From IMG/VR virus record IMGVR_UViG_3300031555_000867, positions 4,383 through 68,382 of that record: a DNA stretch of 64,000 nucleotides. The stretch is one strand, 5' to 3'. Each line of letters begins with the position of its first letter. Within the stretch, counting starts at the first letter, position 1. Under the pieces are notes generated by a model that saw only the letters and a list, made by a program, of their open reading frames with translations, ran no database searches and was not told the origin of the DNA. The translations under genes and the position numbers were made by a program. Positions 44,380 to 54,236 of the stretch are shown here, piece by piece. The DNA comes from a virus (taxonomy: Duplodnaviria; Caudoviricetes).

Positions 44380-47300
44380 CTATCGTGCATAAGCCAATCC
44401 TCTTGCAAGGGATGCAGTAACATCATCTGCCGATTTGTTCATCGTAGTCGCTGCTTCCTGTTGGATTGCTCTATCGCCATTGAATGTATTTTCAATAGTT
44501 ACTGTCTGATTTACGCTACTATTGTTCGTGGTTGCACCCATTGCCGCCGCAGAGGTTGCCGGTGATACTGCATCTGCTCCTGCAAATACTGACATCGTAT
44601 CTGCCAGTCCTGCAACTGCACTCTTAATCGTTCCCTTATTGTTCTCGATACCCTGAGCCAAACCGCCTACAAAGTCAGGCATCCATGATTCATAGGATGT
44701 CAGAGGACCTTCATCAGGAACTGAGAAGTGCAGGAACGAACTGATGATACCGGCGATGTTGATTGCCGCACCCCTTACCTGACCGGATGCAGCCATCATT
44801 CCGCTTGCGATACCCTGAACCATATCCACTCCCCAAGAATGAGCCTTGGATGGCATCTGTGCCATAATGGAATCTAAGCCATTCATCAGATTGCCCATAC
44901 TTCCCTGAAGCATAAAGCCACCGGTGAGGATTGCAATATTCATAGCGAGCATTGCCGCTTGCACCTTGTTCACCATATCTGATGTCGATGAAGACACCTG
45001 AGCATTGATTGCTACCAGTGCCATTGTCATAATCGCAAGGATGAGTGCCATCTGTGTCTGTGTCACGGTTCCTGCCTGAAGCATTGCACTCGTGAACGCA
45101 GAACCGATAGTTGCAGTCAGAACCATTGCCGCCGCAGTTATCATTGTGAATCCGGCCTGAACTAACAGTAATACCGCCGCCAGTGCCGTTGCTGATGCCA
45201 AGATCACAACGAACGAACCTGCCGTTGCTACTGAGGATGCTGCAAATGCGAGCATTGCCGTGGACACCAGTGTCATAGGAACCATCAGAGCCATCATTGC
45301 TGATGCCATAGGTCCTGATGCTTTCTGCATCATTCCGAATGCAGTCTGCATGATTATTGCCGATACGAGCAATCCTGCAATCTGTGTCCTTAACAAGGTC
45401 ATTGCTAAGGTTGATGCAGTCAGTGCCAGTGCCATAGCAGTCAATCCTAAAGCGTTTGCCGTTGCTGATGTTGCCATCAATAACAATCCGGCCGCCGCCG
45501 CAGTTGCCGCCACACCACCTGCTACTGCTGTTGCTGAGAACGGAACGAGTGCTCCTGAACCAACGAGCAATGCTGCAGTCAGTAAAGCCATACTTGCCGT
45601 AGCACCCTTTCCTGCATCAACAATCTGTTTGAGTGCCGATGCCGCCGCAGTGCCTGAGGTTGCCATGATTGCGACTGCCGCTCCTACGGCTACCATTTCT
45701 GCCGCAAACGGTGCAAACAATACCATTGCCGCTACCGATGCCGCAGCCAATGCAGTAAATCCTGCCATGGCTACCAGTGCCGCCGCTCCTGCCGCTATCG
45801 CACCCGGCGAGAACACCAACATTGCCGCTCCTAAAGCAACAATACCGGCCGCCGCAGCCGCTCCATATTCTGCAAATGCCGGTAATGCAGTTGACATGAT
45901 TACCAATGCCGCAGAGCCAAGAACTGCCGCTAATGCTACCACCATGAGTGCCGCACCAAATGCCGCCAGTGCAACCGCACCGGTAAGCATTAGAGATGCC
46001 AAAGCACCACAGGCCACACCAAAGGCTACGATGATTACCATGAGTGCCGCCAAGGTTACGATTGCCGGAGCACCTGCATTAGCGAGGTTAATCGCCGTAT
46101 TTGCCAACAGTGCCATTGCCGCCGCACATAACAGAAGACCGGCTCCCATGAGTGCAAGTCCTGCACCACCCGATACCATTGCACTGCCAAATGCACCTAC
46201 AATGGCGGTCAGGGCAACAATTACTACCAACATTCCTGCCAGTACACCGATTGCCGCACCACCTGAGTTTGCCATCTGTACTGCAGTGTAAGCCATCAAT
46301 GCAAATGCGGCCGCTACCATAAGAACTCCTGCCCCAAGGGCTGTCATTCCTGCGGCTCCTGCCTGAATCTTTGCACCCATTGCACCTACGATTGCGATGA
46401 TACCTGCTACTGCCGCTAACATAAGTGTCAGTGCGACTGCCGCTCCGGGTCCTGCTTCGCTCACTCTGATTGCAGATTCTGCCAAGAGGAAGATACCTGC
46501 AGCAATAGCAAGGATTCCAGTGCCGAGACCGGAAATAGTCTTACTGATACCGCCTAATGCCGATGATGTTCCACCAAGTCCTGATGCCGCCGCTTTACCA
46601 CCTGATGCAATCGTCTTCAGTGTAGTGCCGACATTCATAAACTTTTTCATAATCGAGAACGCTGCTACCAATGCGGCGATTGCAACTGCAATCTTACCAA
46701 TCATATCCTGCAAGCCTTTGTTCTCTGCGAGCTTCGATGTCAGTTTCTCAAGCACATTGATGAATCCGGCCAGACCGGTTCCAACTCCTTCAAAGAAGTC
46801 ATCTCCGAATACCTCTTCCATCTTGCTCTTGATGAAGTCAATAATCGGAGCAAAGATTGCCTTAATCGAATTCCAAATACCCGAGAAGAACGATTTCAGG
46901 TTGTTCCAAATGTTGATAATCTTCTTTCGCATTTCATCTGCATCGATACCGGCTTTTTCGAAGCAGTAACCGATAACAGAGTCATTGCCTTTCATAAAGT
47001 TGATGAAGTCATCAATCAACAGGAACAGTAATGCAAGCACCGCAACGAGAAGTACTGTTGACAGTTTTATCGCTGCGATCATCTTCACGATGCTAGTCAA
47101 AACACCGAGGAAATTCTTCGCAACAGTGACGATTTTGGACCAGTTCAATACCACAAGGATTGCTGATGCCAGTGCGAAGATAATCTTCAATAGGTTCTCG
47201 GAACCACCAACCTTTTCTGCCAGTGACTCGAACCCATTCTTCACCTTGTTGAGCAATCCCATAATCCGGTCGAATCCCTTAACCATAATCTTCGCTACGG

Positions 47301-48042
47301 TCTGACTAATTTTGAGAGTACTGTCTATATCAGTAATCCAAAATCCCCATTCATTACGGATATGGAGAAGTGCATCTGATACTGTATACTGAACACCGGC
47401 GAAACCACTCTCGATAGCATCCAAATTATTGACAAACGCATCTCTCAGGTCTGCTACACTCATAGCACCCGAAGATGCCATTTCTTCCAACTGACTTGAT
47501 GTTGTACCAAGCTGTCGGTTCAACAACTCAACCGCTTCCGGAGAACGCTCTAATAACTGGCTGATGGTTTCACTGTCAACATATCCCTTTTGGAACGATT
47601 TGTTGATGGCTTCCATCAATCCGGCAATTTCTTCGTTCGTTTTACCGGCTGTCTTGAACAGCATGGTCGCTGCGTTATTGAACTTCACTGCTTCATCGAC
47701 ATTACCAAACAGTTCCTGATTACCTTTTACGAGATTAGATACTGTCTGTGCTGTCAAGGCATACGATGTTCTTGTCAAATCGGCCGCCTTCAGGATTTGC
47801 TCCTGAATTTCCCTTTGGTCGCCAAGTGCTGCTGTCGAATTCTTAATCTGATTGTTCACTCGTCCGAACTCTTCAACCATTTGGTTTAACTGAGTCAGAC
47901 TAATTCCAATACCGATGGCACCAAGCAGTTTGGTTGCCGTGCTCTTGATATCGGTTATCGTGCCCTGTACCTCTTGAACGGTAGATTCATCTACTTTGAA
48001 TCCGACTTTGTTTATAAATTCAGCAACAGTCACGATTTTCAC
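44380..48042 (-). CDS. tail tape measure protein
   Basis: 1220 aa, tape-measure N-terminal domain, long Ala/Gly-rich hydrophobic repeats. Confidence 0.93.
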   Translation of the reverse strand: MKIVTVAEFINKVGFKVDESTVQEVQGTITDIKSTATKLLGAIGIGISLTQLNQMVEEFGRVNNQIKNSTAALGDQREIQEQILKAADLTRTSYALTAQTVSNLVKGNQELFGNVDEAVKFNNAATMLFKTAGKTNEEIAGLMEAINKSFQKGYVDSETISQLLERSPEAVELLNRQLGTTSSQLEEMASSGAMSVADLRDAFVNNLDAIESGFAGVQYTVSDALLHIRNEWGFWITDIDSTLKISQTVAKIMVKGFDRIMGLLNKVKNGFESLAEKVGGSENLLKIIFALASAILVVLNWSKIVTVAKNFLGVLTSIVKMIAAIKLSTVLLVAVLALLFLLIDDFINFMKGNDSVIGYCFEKAGIDADEMRKKIINIWNNLKSFFSGIWNSIKAIFAPIIDFIKSKMEEVFGDDFFEGVGTGLAGFINVLEKLTSKLAENKGLQDMIGKIAVAIAALVAAFSIMKKFMNVGTTLKTIASGGKAAASGLGGTSSALGGISKTISGLGTGILAIAAGIFLLAESAIRVSEAGPGAAVALTLMLAAVAGIIAIVGAMGAKIQAGAAGMTALGAGVLMVAAAFALMAYTAVQMANSGGAAIGVLAGMLVVIVALTAIVGAFGSAMVSGGAGLALMGAGLLLCAAAMALLANTAINLANAGAPAIVTLAALMVIIVAFGVACGALASLMLTGAVALAAFGAALMVVALAAVLGSAALVIMSTALPAFAEYGAAAAAGIVALGAAMLVFSPGAIAAGAAALVAMAGFTALAAASVAAMVLFAPFAAEMVAVGAAVAIMATSGTAAASALKQIVDAGKGATASMALLTAALLVGSGALVPFSATAVAGGVAATAAAAGLLLMATSATANALGLTAMALALTASTLAMTLLRTQIAGLLVSAIIMQTAFGMMQKASGPMASAMMALMVPMTLVSTAMLAFAASSVATAGSFVVILASATALAAVLLLVQAGFTMITAAAMVLTATIGSAFTSAMLQAGTVTQTQMALILAIMTMALVAINAQVSSSTSDMVNKVQAAMLAMNIAILTGGFMLQGSMGNLMNGLDSIMAQMPSKAHSWGVDMVQGIASGMMAASGQVRGAAINIAGIISSFLHFSVPDEGPLTSYESWMPDFVGGLAQGIENNKGTIKSAVAGLADTMSVFAGADAVSPATSAAAMGATTNNSSVNQTVTIENTFNGDRAIQQEAATTMNKSADDVTASLARGLAYAR

Positions 48043-48050
48043 CTCCCTGC

Positions 48051-48218
48051 TTAGTGTCTGCTTTCGCTCTTCGCTTTCATTTCTTCCATCTCACCTCTCT
48101 GTATGTCTTGGTCCATCTGCCACAAGGCATACAGTTTCAAGGCTTCATCCAGTGTGTAGTCGGATTCCAACTCCGATTTGGATGCAATTCTCGCCTTAAT
48201 CAAGGTGTACATTCTCAT
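48051..48218 (-). CDS. tail assembly chaperone, -1 frame (GT-like) segment
   Basis: Manual translation MRMYTLIKARIASKSELESDYTLDEALKLYALW...; frame open back to the slippery site at 48335-48329. Confidence 0.75.
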   Translation of the reverse strand: MRMYTLIKARIASKSELESDYTLDEALKLYALWQMDQDIQRGEMEEMKAKSESRH

Positions 48219-48220
48219 TT

Positions 48221-48748
48221 CTAATTCGCTGAATCTGCTGAGGTCGAGTTCGCCCCATTTGTTAATCTCCTCTTCACCTGATCCGTATACTCTTGCAGGT
48301 CGCCAGATGGGAGATTTAGCTTCGAGAAAAAACCCCCGAAATTCACCTTACATACCTCAATACATAACTTAACCATGTCGATAAGTTCGCCACAGAATAC
48401 TTCGTTTGCGAGGTCGTATGTAAGGATTTCAACCTCATTTTCTGTGGCCGGACCGCTCACACTTACATTCTTGTAATCACTGATGAGCTTCTGCACCAGT
48501 CTTTCTAACTGGTCGGGATCAATGTCTGCGAGTGCTCCTGTCATTGCAGGAAGTACTTCACTCAAGTCACTGTCCATGATTTCTTCTGCTGTCATACCAT
48601 TCTTAGTGAGACCGCCAAGACCGCCTAAGAGAGGTCCGATTGTCTTAGCAAGCAATGCAGTAATATTTGCTGCAGTGAATGCCGGGAACGGTTTGATGTA
48701 AAATGTGTTCTCTCCGATTTTCTTCTTCGTTGTTTCCATCTGCTTCAT
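48221..48748 (-). CDS. tail assembly chaperone (G-like)
   Basis: Between tube and tape measure; contains G GGT TTT TTC; start trimmed to ATG 48748. Confidence 0.8.
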   Translation of the reverse strand: MKQMETTKKKIGENTFYIKPFPAFTAANITALLAKTIGPLLGGLGGLTKNGMTAEEIMDSDLSEVLPAMTGALADIDPDQLERLVQKLISDYKNVSVSGPATENEVEILTYDLANEVFCGELIDMVKLCIEVCKVNFGGFFSKLNLPSGDLQEYTDQVKRRLTNGANSTSADSAN

Positions 48749-48897
48749 AGTAAGTAGCCCCTTTCTGTTCAAATTTGGATTTCTATGCAGACTTTGCCGA
48801 CTTCGATATTTGATGCCGACCTCCGATAACAGCTATCGAGCCGACAATAAAGGAGCGGCACTAAACCGCTCCCACATCATCGTTATTCACTCTTCAA

Positions 48898-49314
48898 TTA
48901 TTCAGTCAATGTGCCTGAACCAGTGTGGAGTTCCCACTCACGGTTACTAGACTCCTTGCCGAAACCACGAGATGCCGGTTTTGCAGGCCATGCCTGTGCC
49001 GCCTTAAACACTGTGCTTCCGCTCAAGTCTTTCACGAGAATAGGGAACATACCTGTACCGTTCTCAACATCAGCAGCAAACATTCTCTGAAGCCAAGCAT
49101 TCGTAGGAGATGTCTGAAGCACACTGAGTTTAACGATATAGGTATCATCAGGGCTGATACTTCTGACAATTTCGCCATCACATCCAACCTTTTTGGTAAC
49201 ACCGTCACCATTAGGGTCGATAGTTACGAAAGAGTCATCCGCAAAGCCGGTTACGATATGGTTTCCCAAGGAAATCGTAACTTTCTTAGGATTGTATGTT
49301 GCAATCTTACCCAT
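48898..49314 (-). CDS. tail tube protein (DUF3277-like)
   Basis: TYNPK.V.I......TGF; follows the sheath; 138 aa. Confidence 0.8.
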   Translation of the reverse strand: MGKIATYNPKKVTISLGNHIVTGFADDSFVTIDPNGDGVTKKVGCDGEIVRSISPDDTYIVKLSVLQTSPTNAWLQRMFAADVENGTGMFPILVKDLSGSTVFKAAQAWPAKPASRGFGKESSNREWELHTGSGTLTE

Positions 49315-49331
49315 CTTTCATGTCCTCCTTA

Positions 49332-50438
49332 TTACAATGAATATGCAAGCGTACCCTTCAATTCTGCGAAGTGGATAGCACCTGCTAATCTAGCCTTGAA
49401 TGTGCAACCGCTCAACTTACGGCTCTGCTTTTCAGAGTCGCTGAGACTTGCTGCCTTAGGCACATTTACGATATAGCCAAGGGTTTCATTGCCCTCGTCA
49501 TCGTATTCTGTCTTGCAGACACCGCCCTTGTCCTGACCGGACTGAAGGGATGCTTCCATTGCATTCTGAACCAAGGCAATGCCGTCATCAGTGAACGGAA
49601 CCTTAGGCAGAGACAGGAATACATTCACTGCTCTTACCTGCATATCGTTCTTCAGCCAATCACGGAAACGGATGATGTCACACCATTCTCCGGATAACAC
49701 CTTGCCAATCATGGTAACTTTCTTATTACCGATGGCAGTGAAGAAGCTGATAGATGCAGTTTCAAGTGCCTTTCTTTCGGTTGTGCCGAGATCAGAAACA
49801 TTCACACCTGCCAACGCTTTGAAAGCGGCAGTTTCAGAACCGGATTCATGGGCAAGCCATGCTACTGCAAAGGCAACATTCATATACAGATTTTCCACAG
49901 GTGTCTCTTCGTCAGGGTCGTTTGTAACTCTTCCGTAAACACCGGCAGTTCTGTTGTACTTGTCACCAAGTGCAGCTTTATTCTCCTTGAAGAAGTCGAG
50001 TTCGGTATACACCATCATCTTCTCCTGAGTTTCGATGAAATCAGCGAGCGTTTCAAGCTCATCTGCTGCTACACCGGCAGGAGTAACTACATACCATCCG
50101 GCAGTGTCCATTGCTCTCTGTACAGCAGAAACGGCATATTCTGCAGTTCCTTCTGCTACCTGCTGAGGAGCAATGTAGATGTTCGTAGGCTTAGGGTCCT
50201 GAGAGAATGCAATTCTCGCTGCAATACCTACAGGATCAGCGTTCTCTCCGGTTACAACCCATCCTGCTTTGATTACCTCTTCGATGTCAGAGTATGCTCC
50301 TACTTTTGCAGGTGCAGTTGTCGGTGCAACCTTAGGGAGCGGACCAACAATCAGAATGTTGTCAAAACTTTTACTGTCCACAACTACTGATGCAATGTCG
50401 ATGCTCACGGTCGCAATCTGGTCATAACTATTGCTCAT
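49332..50438 (-). CDS. tail sheath protein (DUF3383-like)
   Basis: FSQ.PKP..IYI and D.IRF.DWL...Q...PFTDDGI motifs. Confidence 0.85.
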   Translation of the reverse strand: MSNSYDQIATVSIDIASVVVDSKSFDNILIVGPLPKVAPTTAPAKVGAYSDIEEVIKAGWVVTGENADPVGIAARIAFSQDPKPTNIYIAPQQVAEGTAEYAVSAVQRAMDTAGWYVVTPAGVAADELETLADFIETQEKMMVYTELDFFKENKAALGDKYNRTAGVYGRVTNDPDEETPVENLYMNVAFAVAWLAHESGSETAAFKALAGVNVSDLGTTERKALETASISFFTAIGNKKVTMIGKVLSGEWCDIIRFRDWLKNDMQVRAVNVFLSLPKVPFTDDGIALVQNAMEASLQSGQDKGGVCKTEYDDEGNETLGYIVNVPKAASLSDSEKQSRKLSGCTFKARLAGAIHFAELKGTLAYSL

Positions 50439-50462
50439 TTTGGATATCCTCCTTATAACTTT

Positions 50463-50999
50463 TTAATCTTCAGTCCAGTGGATGTCTTCATCACTGAACG
50501 AACCAACATTTTCAATGCCTATCGTGGATGCCGTGTCCTGAGTGAAGTACATCTGAATTCTAAGGCGGGAACGATACTCATAATTCGTATCATTCACAAT
50601 GCCGGTCAAATCTTCTGCATCTCCATCTATCAGTAACGAAACATCGTGCTGATGGCAGAAATCAACGGTCTTGATGCTATTGATGTAATCTGCGAATGCG
50701 AGTATTTCATCCATCGCAGTGTTCTCGTAAGCAACAATCGTACCGTTTTCCGTGATGGGTTCTCCATTCGTGAACAAATCCACCACGATTGACAGCCGTG
50801 ACAGGTAATGGCCTATCGGTTCACCGTCTTGGATTTCATAGTTTGCAGATTGAGGTCTGCTCACATTACCCGGCGACAATGTCACCAACGGAACCTGAGG
50901 CTTTGGTGTACGGCTTTGCTTGGAAAAAATAACTGTGTAATTCCTAAAGAACCCTTTCGCTATCTGACGGAACAGTTCTTTAGCTTCTGATGCTTTCAT
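50463..50999 (-). CDS. neck/tail terminator protein
   Basis: Position immediately before the sheath. Confidence 0.65.
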   Translation of the reverse strand: MKASEAKELFRQIAKGFFRNYTVIFSKQSRTPKPQVPLVTLSPGNVSRPQSANYEIQDGEPIGHYLSRLSIVVDLFTNGEPITENGTIVAYENTAMDEILAFADYINSIKTVDFCHQHDVSLLIDGDAEDLTGIVNDTNYEYRSRLRIQMYFTQDTASTIGIENVGSFSDEDIHWTED

Positions 51000-51011
51000 A
51001 AACGGTTCCTC

Positions 51012-51401
51012 CTACTCCTGAGATTCCTCAGGAAAACCAGTGTCTATTGTTCCTGCCGCATCCTTTGGCACAATAACGAACTGATAATTCAGGTGGGATA
51101 ACAATGTGTGGTCCCACTCTACGGCTGAAACACATTCATACCACTCTCCGTGGTACAGTAACAAATCGCCTTTAACTCCTGCATTTACATCAGCAACTAT
51201 CAGCTTTTTCGAACTGTGTCCTTCCAACCGTTTGATTTTTCTTTCACCTTCCGGCAGTGCCTGAAGAGCATCTGTGCCAAGCGGATGCACATTCATACTT
51301 ACCGTCATGTCTTCGTGCGTAGTTGTCATGTAGCCACGAACTTCCTTCGGTTCCCCGAATCTCCGCACGGTATAGTCCTTGTTGAAGATTTCAATGTTCA
51401 T
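51012..51401 (-). CDS. head-closure/head-tail adaptor protein
   Basis: V.P....LQALPEGER...GD.L.Y.G.WYE pattern. Confidence 0.7.
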   Translation of the reverse strand: MNIEIFNKDYTVRRFGEPKEVRGYMTTTHEDMTVSMNVHPLGTDALQALPEGERKIKRLEGHSSKKLIVADVNAGVKGDLLLYHGEWYECVSAVEWDHTLLSHLNYQFVIVPKDAAGTIDTGFPEESQE

Positions 51402-51407
51402 GGTCTA

Positions 51408-51863
51408 CTAACTCCTTTGCTTTACTTGGTAATTTACTGACTGCCTCATAAAACCGGTGTCAATCAGTGGCTTGTCGGAACCTTTCTTCGCTATGGTAGA
51501 ATCGGCATTCGGTGCAAAGTCACCGCTCACAATCTCTTCCTGTACAAGACCTTTGACAAACGCTCCGAGTTCGTCCAATGCTTGTTGTGTTGTTCCCCCT
51601 TTGGCGAGTGTTTTGTTCACTTGGTCGCAGGCATTCTGCAACTCTTTCTCGTGATTTTCAAAACTCTTCCGCATGAACGGTCTCGCCGGTGTTGAGGAAG
51701 TTCCGAGTTCGTTATAAGCGGCAACTTCGGCCAATGTTGCTCCATTTTCATAACTTCCGGAGTCGGTTTGGAAACCCACTTGGACTTCCATCTTTGCCAA
51801 CTGTTCCAGTTCCTTGAAGTACTTCTTGCCTTCCGGTGTGAGGTTGGACCAACCTAAACTCAT
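51408..51863 (-). CDS. neck protein (HK97 gp10-like)
   Basis: A.YNE.GT...PARPFMR and PN..ST.AKKG..KPLIDTG.MRQSV motifs. Confidence 0.8.
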   Translation of the reverse strand: MSLGWSNLTPEGKKYFKELEQLAKMEVQVGFQTDSGSYENGATLAEVAAYNELGTSSTPARPFMRKSFENHEKELQNACDQVNKTLAKGGTTQQALDELGAFVKGLVQEEIVSGDFAPNADSTIAKKGSDKPLIDTGFMRQSVNYQVKQRS

Positions 51864-52255
51864 ACGCTCTCCCTTTCTCCACTGATGTGGATAGGTACGA
51901 TTACAGACCGTCTCAGTTGGAGAAACTGCAATCCGTATGTAGTCAGTCCTAATTCGGCATCCTTTGCAAGGTTCGAACTCTGATTTGCTCCAAAGCTGAC
52001 AGAACTGCCGCCTTCAGAAACACTGTTCACAGCGAATCCGGTGCCAATGATACCGATATCTCCGAGTGGATTCTTGCCCTTTCCTACCATCTTCATCTTG
52101 TGACATACGAGATAGGCCAAGCCATGCTCGTACAACTTCCCGAACTGCTTCTTACTAACCATAGGACGGACCATTTCAATCCACTTATTCACTTCATCAT
52201 CGCTGATGTCTGCAAATTCCTCAGCAGTCAGTCTGATAATCTCGATGGCTTCCAT
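51860..52255 (-). CDS. head-tail connector (DUF4054-like)
   Basis: L..T.YG.QF..L motif; position. Confidence 0.75.
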   Translation of the reverse strand: MEAIEIIRLTAEEFADISDDEVNKWIEMVRPMVSKKQFGKLYEHGLAYLVCHKMKMVGKGKNPLGDIGIIGTGFAVNSVSEGGSSVSFGANQSSNLAKDAELGLTTYGLQFLQLRRSVIVPIHISGERESV

Positions 52256-52266
52256 GGCGAACCTCC

Positions 52267-52575
52267 TTACTCGGCTTTCTTAGTAGCCTTCTTTGCTTCC
52301 TTCTGTGCTACTTCTTTGGTCTCTTCCTTAACCTCAGCAGCTTTTTCCTCTACCTTTTCCTCAGTAGCCTTCTCTTCTGCCTTAGTCTCTGCCTTAGCTT
52401 CTTCCTTCTGTGCTACTTCTTTAGCATCAGCGATGAGTTCGAGCTTCTTGTGCTTAATGAGTACCTGAATCGCAGGAGTATTCGCCTGTAATTCGGTGAT
52501 AGGCATGGTGTCCTCAGGCATAAGAACCTTTGTACCAACATGGATGATTTTTGTGCCGATATTCTTTAACTTCAT
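52267..52575 (-). CDS. hypothetical protein with K/E/A-rich tail
   Basis: Follows the capsid gene. Confidence 0.7.
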   Translation of the reverse strand: MKLKNIGTKIIHVGTKVLMPEDTMPITELQANTPAIQVLIKHKKLELIADAKEVAQKEEAKAETKAEEKATEEKVEEKAAEVKEETKEVAQKEAKKATKKAE

Positions 52576-52604
52576 TTCGTTTACCTCCGTATTGTGATTT
52601 CATC

Positions 52605-52639
52605 AAAAAAGGAGCCAACACCATACAGTGCTGACTCCT
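52605..52639 (-). terminator. intrinsic terminator after the major capsid gene
   Basis: AGGAGTCAGCAC...GTGTTGGCTCCT stem plus a T-run. Confidence 0.7.
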
Positions 52640-52665
52640 CATATTCAGTTACACCTTGCCTTCGA

Positions 52666-53703
52666 TTAGCACACACCTACTGCGATGAGAGCAGATAAAG
52701 GATAGTACATAATCACACCCGCAGTACGTGCTTCACAAGGAATAACAGTTTCCAAGTTCTGCACCTGAAGAGGGTACTGATAGAAAGGCATAGGATTTTC
52801 AAGTGCCATCTTACGAGCATCGTTCTTGAATAAGAACGCTACACCGGAACCGTCAGTTTCAGCAGCGTAAGGGTTGGTGTCCACGCTGTCAGAATCAAGT
52901 TCTGCCGCAGATACGATGTTCTTGATGTAAGGAGAATGCTCCAAAAGGAATGCAAGAACAGTTGTTGCAGTATCAGGAATACGGCGAGTGCTGATGTCCA
53001 TATATACTTCTGCAGGTACGCAGAGAGTATCAGGTCTCTCAACATTCTTTGTAACCTTAGCAACCTGCTTAGCCATGCCGTTTACATCTGCGAGGATTTC
53101 ATCGGCATCCTTTTCAGTCCACTTAGTCTTACCGGAAGCGTTTGCACCGATAGTGTAAAGCGGAATGTTCTGACCGTCAGAAAGAACACCCATAAGACCG
53201 GATGCTTCATCACCTCTCCAAGCGATGATGTTGGTCTTGTTGTCGATTGCATAACGAGCAGCTTCGCCCTTACGAGCGTCAAGGCTCTTGCCAGCCAATC
53301 TTGATGCTCTCATCTCCTGAGCAGAGTAGCCGTAGCTATCGCCGAGAGACTTGATGGTAGCATAAGAAGGCTTACCGTTTACATCCGCACGAGGAAGGTC
53401 AGTGCTGTAGTTATCGATAACCTTAGCAAGACCAGTCTTATCGTAGGTGTAGTATGTGATTGTTTCTGCACCAGGATCTGCTTCAGATGTCTGAGGGAAC
53501 AGAGTCAATGCAGTAAGCTCAGGGTACTCAACATCGTAGGACTGTGCCTTTACATGGTCGAGTTCACGAGCGAAGAATACGGATGCTTCCTCTGCGGAAT
53601 CGAAACGAGTTCCTTCGGATGCGAGGATAGCAGCCGGAATAGCAGAAGCCTTCAGTGTTCTAGCTTCTGCACTGTCATAATGAGTATGCTTTACTTTTGC
53701 CAT
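52666..53703 (-). CDS. major capsid protein (DUF2184/encapsulin-like HK97 fold)
   Basis: FFARELDHV, YPEL.A..LFP, R.AG.I.YYP motifs. Confidence 0.9.
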   Translation of the reverse strand: MAKVKHTHYDSAEARTLKASAIPAAILASEGTRFDSAEEASVFFARELDHVKAQSYDVEYPELTALTLFPQTSEADPGAETITYYTYDKTGLAKVIDNYSTDLPRADVNGKPSYATIKSLGDSYGYSAQEMRASRLAGKSLDARKGEAARYAIDNKTNIIAWRGDEASGLMGVLSDGQNIPLYTIGANASGKTKWTEKDADEILADVNGMAKQVAKVTKNVERPDTLCVPAEVYMDISTRRIPDTATTVLAFLLEHSPYIKNIVSAAELDSDSVDTNPYAAETDGSGVAFLFKNDARKMALENPMPFYQYPLQVQNLETVIPCEARTAGVIMYYPLSALIAVGVC

Positions 53704-53724
53704 TATCTTAATCCTCCTTTACTC

Positions 53725-54228
53725 TTATGCCTGTGCCTGATTGAAAAGTTCAACCATGGCAATGTTGGCGGTAGTGTCTTTGCCGGACATGAAGCGACCC
53801 TTAACTGCTACAGTGTTGTCACCGGAAGCGTTAGTGAAGAAACCTGCTTCTTCGCCGGAAACGATGAGGTACAATGCTTCGCCGTATGCAGGAGTGATGC
53901 CATCAGCTACTCTGCCGTATACACGGCCGTATCTCATAACACCTACAGAAACTCCCTTGCGAACATGAAGTTTGCCCTCGATGTCGTACTCGGTTGTACG
54001 ATTGTTTACTGTGATACCTGCAAACTGAGCTGCAGTTGCTCCTTCGGCAGGCTTCTTGATTGTAGTACCGGCCTTAGTACCGTCTACAACACCAATACCG
54101 AATTTCATTACACCGGCCTCTTCCTCATTGATGAAAGAGTCGATTGCGTAAGGTGCGAGGTCTACGATTCCACCTGCAGCACCCATAGGAGTGGAATAAC
54201 CATATCTTGTCTGTGCACTCATTTTCAT
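53725..54228 (-). CDS. head decoration/cement protein
   Basis: Between scaffold and capsid; FG..V and V.V.R.GRV motifs. Confidence 0.75.
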   Translation of the reverse strand: MKMSAQTRYGYSTPMGAAGGIVDLAPYAIDSFINEEEAGVMKFGIGVVDGTKAGTTIKKPAEGATAAQFAGITVNNRTTEYDIEGKLHVRKGVSVGVMRYGRVYGRVADGITPAYGEALYLIVSGEEAGFFTNASGDNTVAVKGRFMSGKDTTANIAMVELFNQAQA

Positions 54229-54236
54229 AATCCTCC

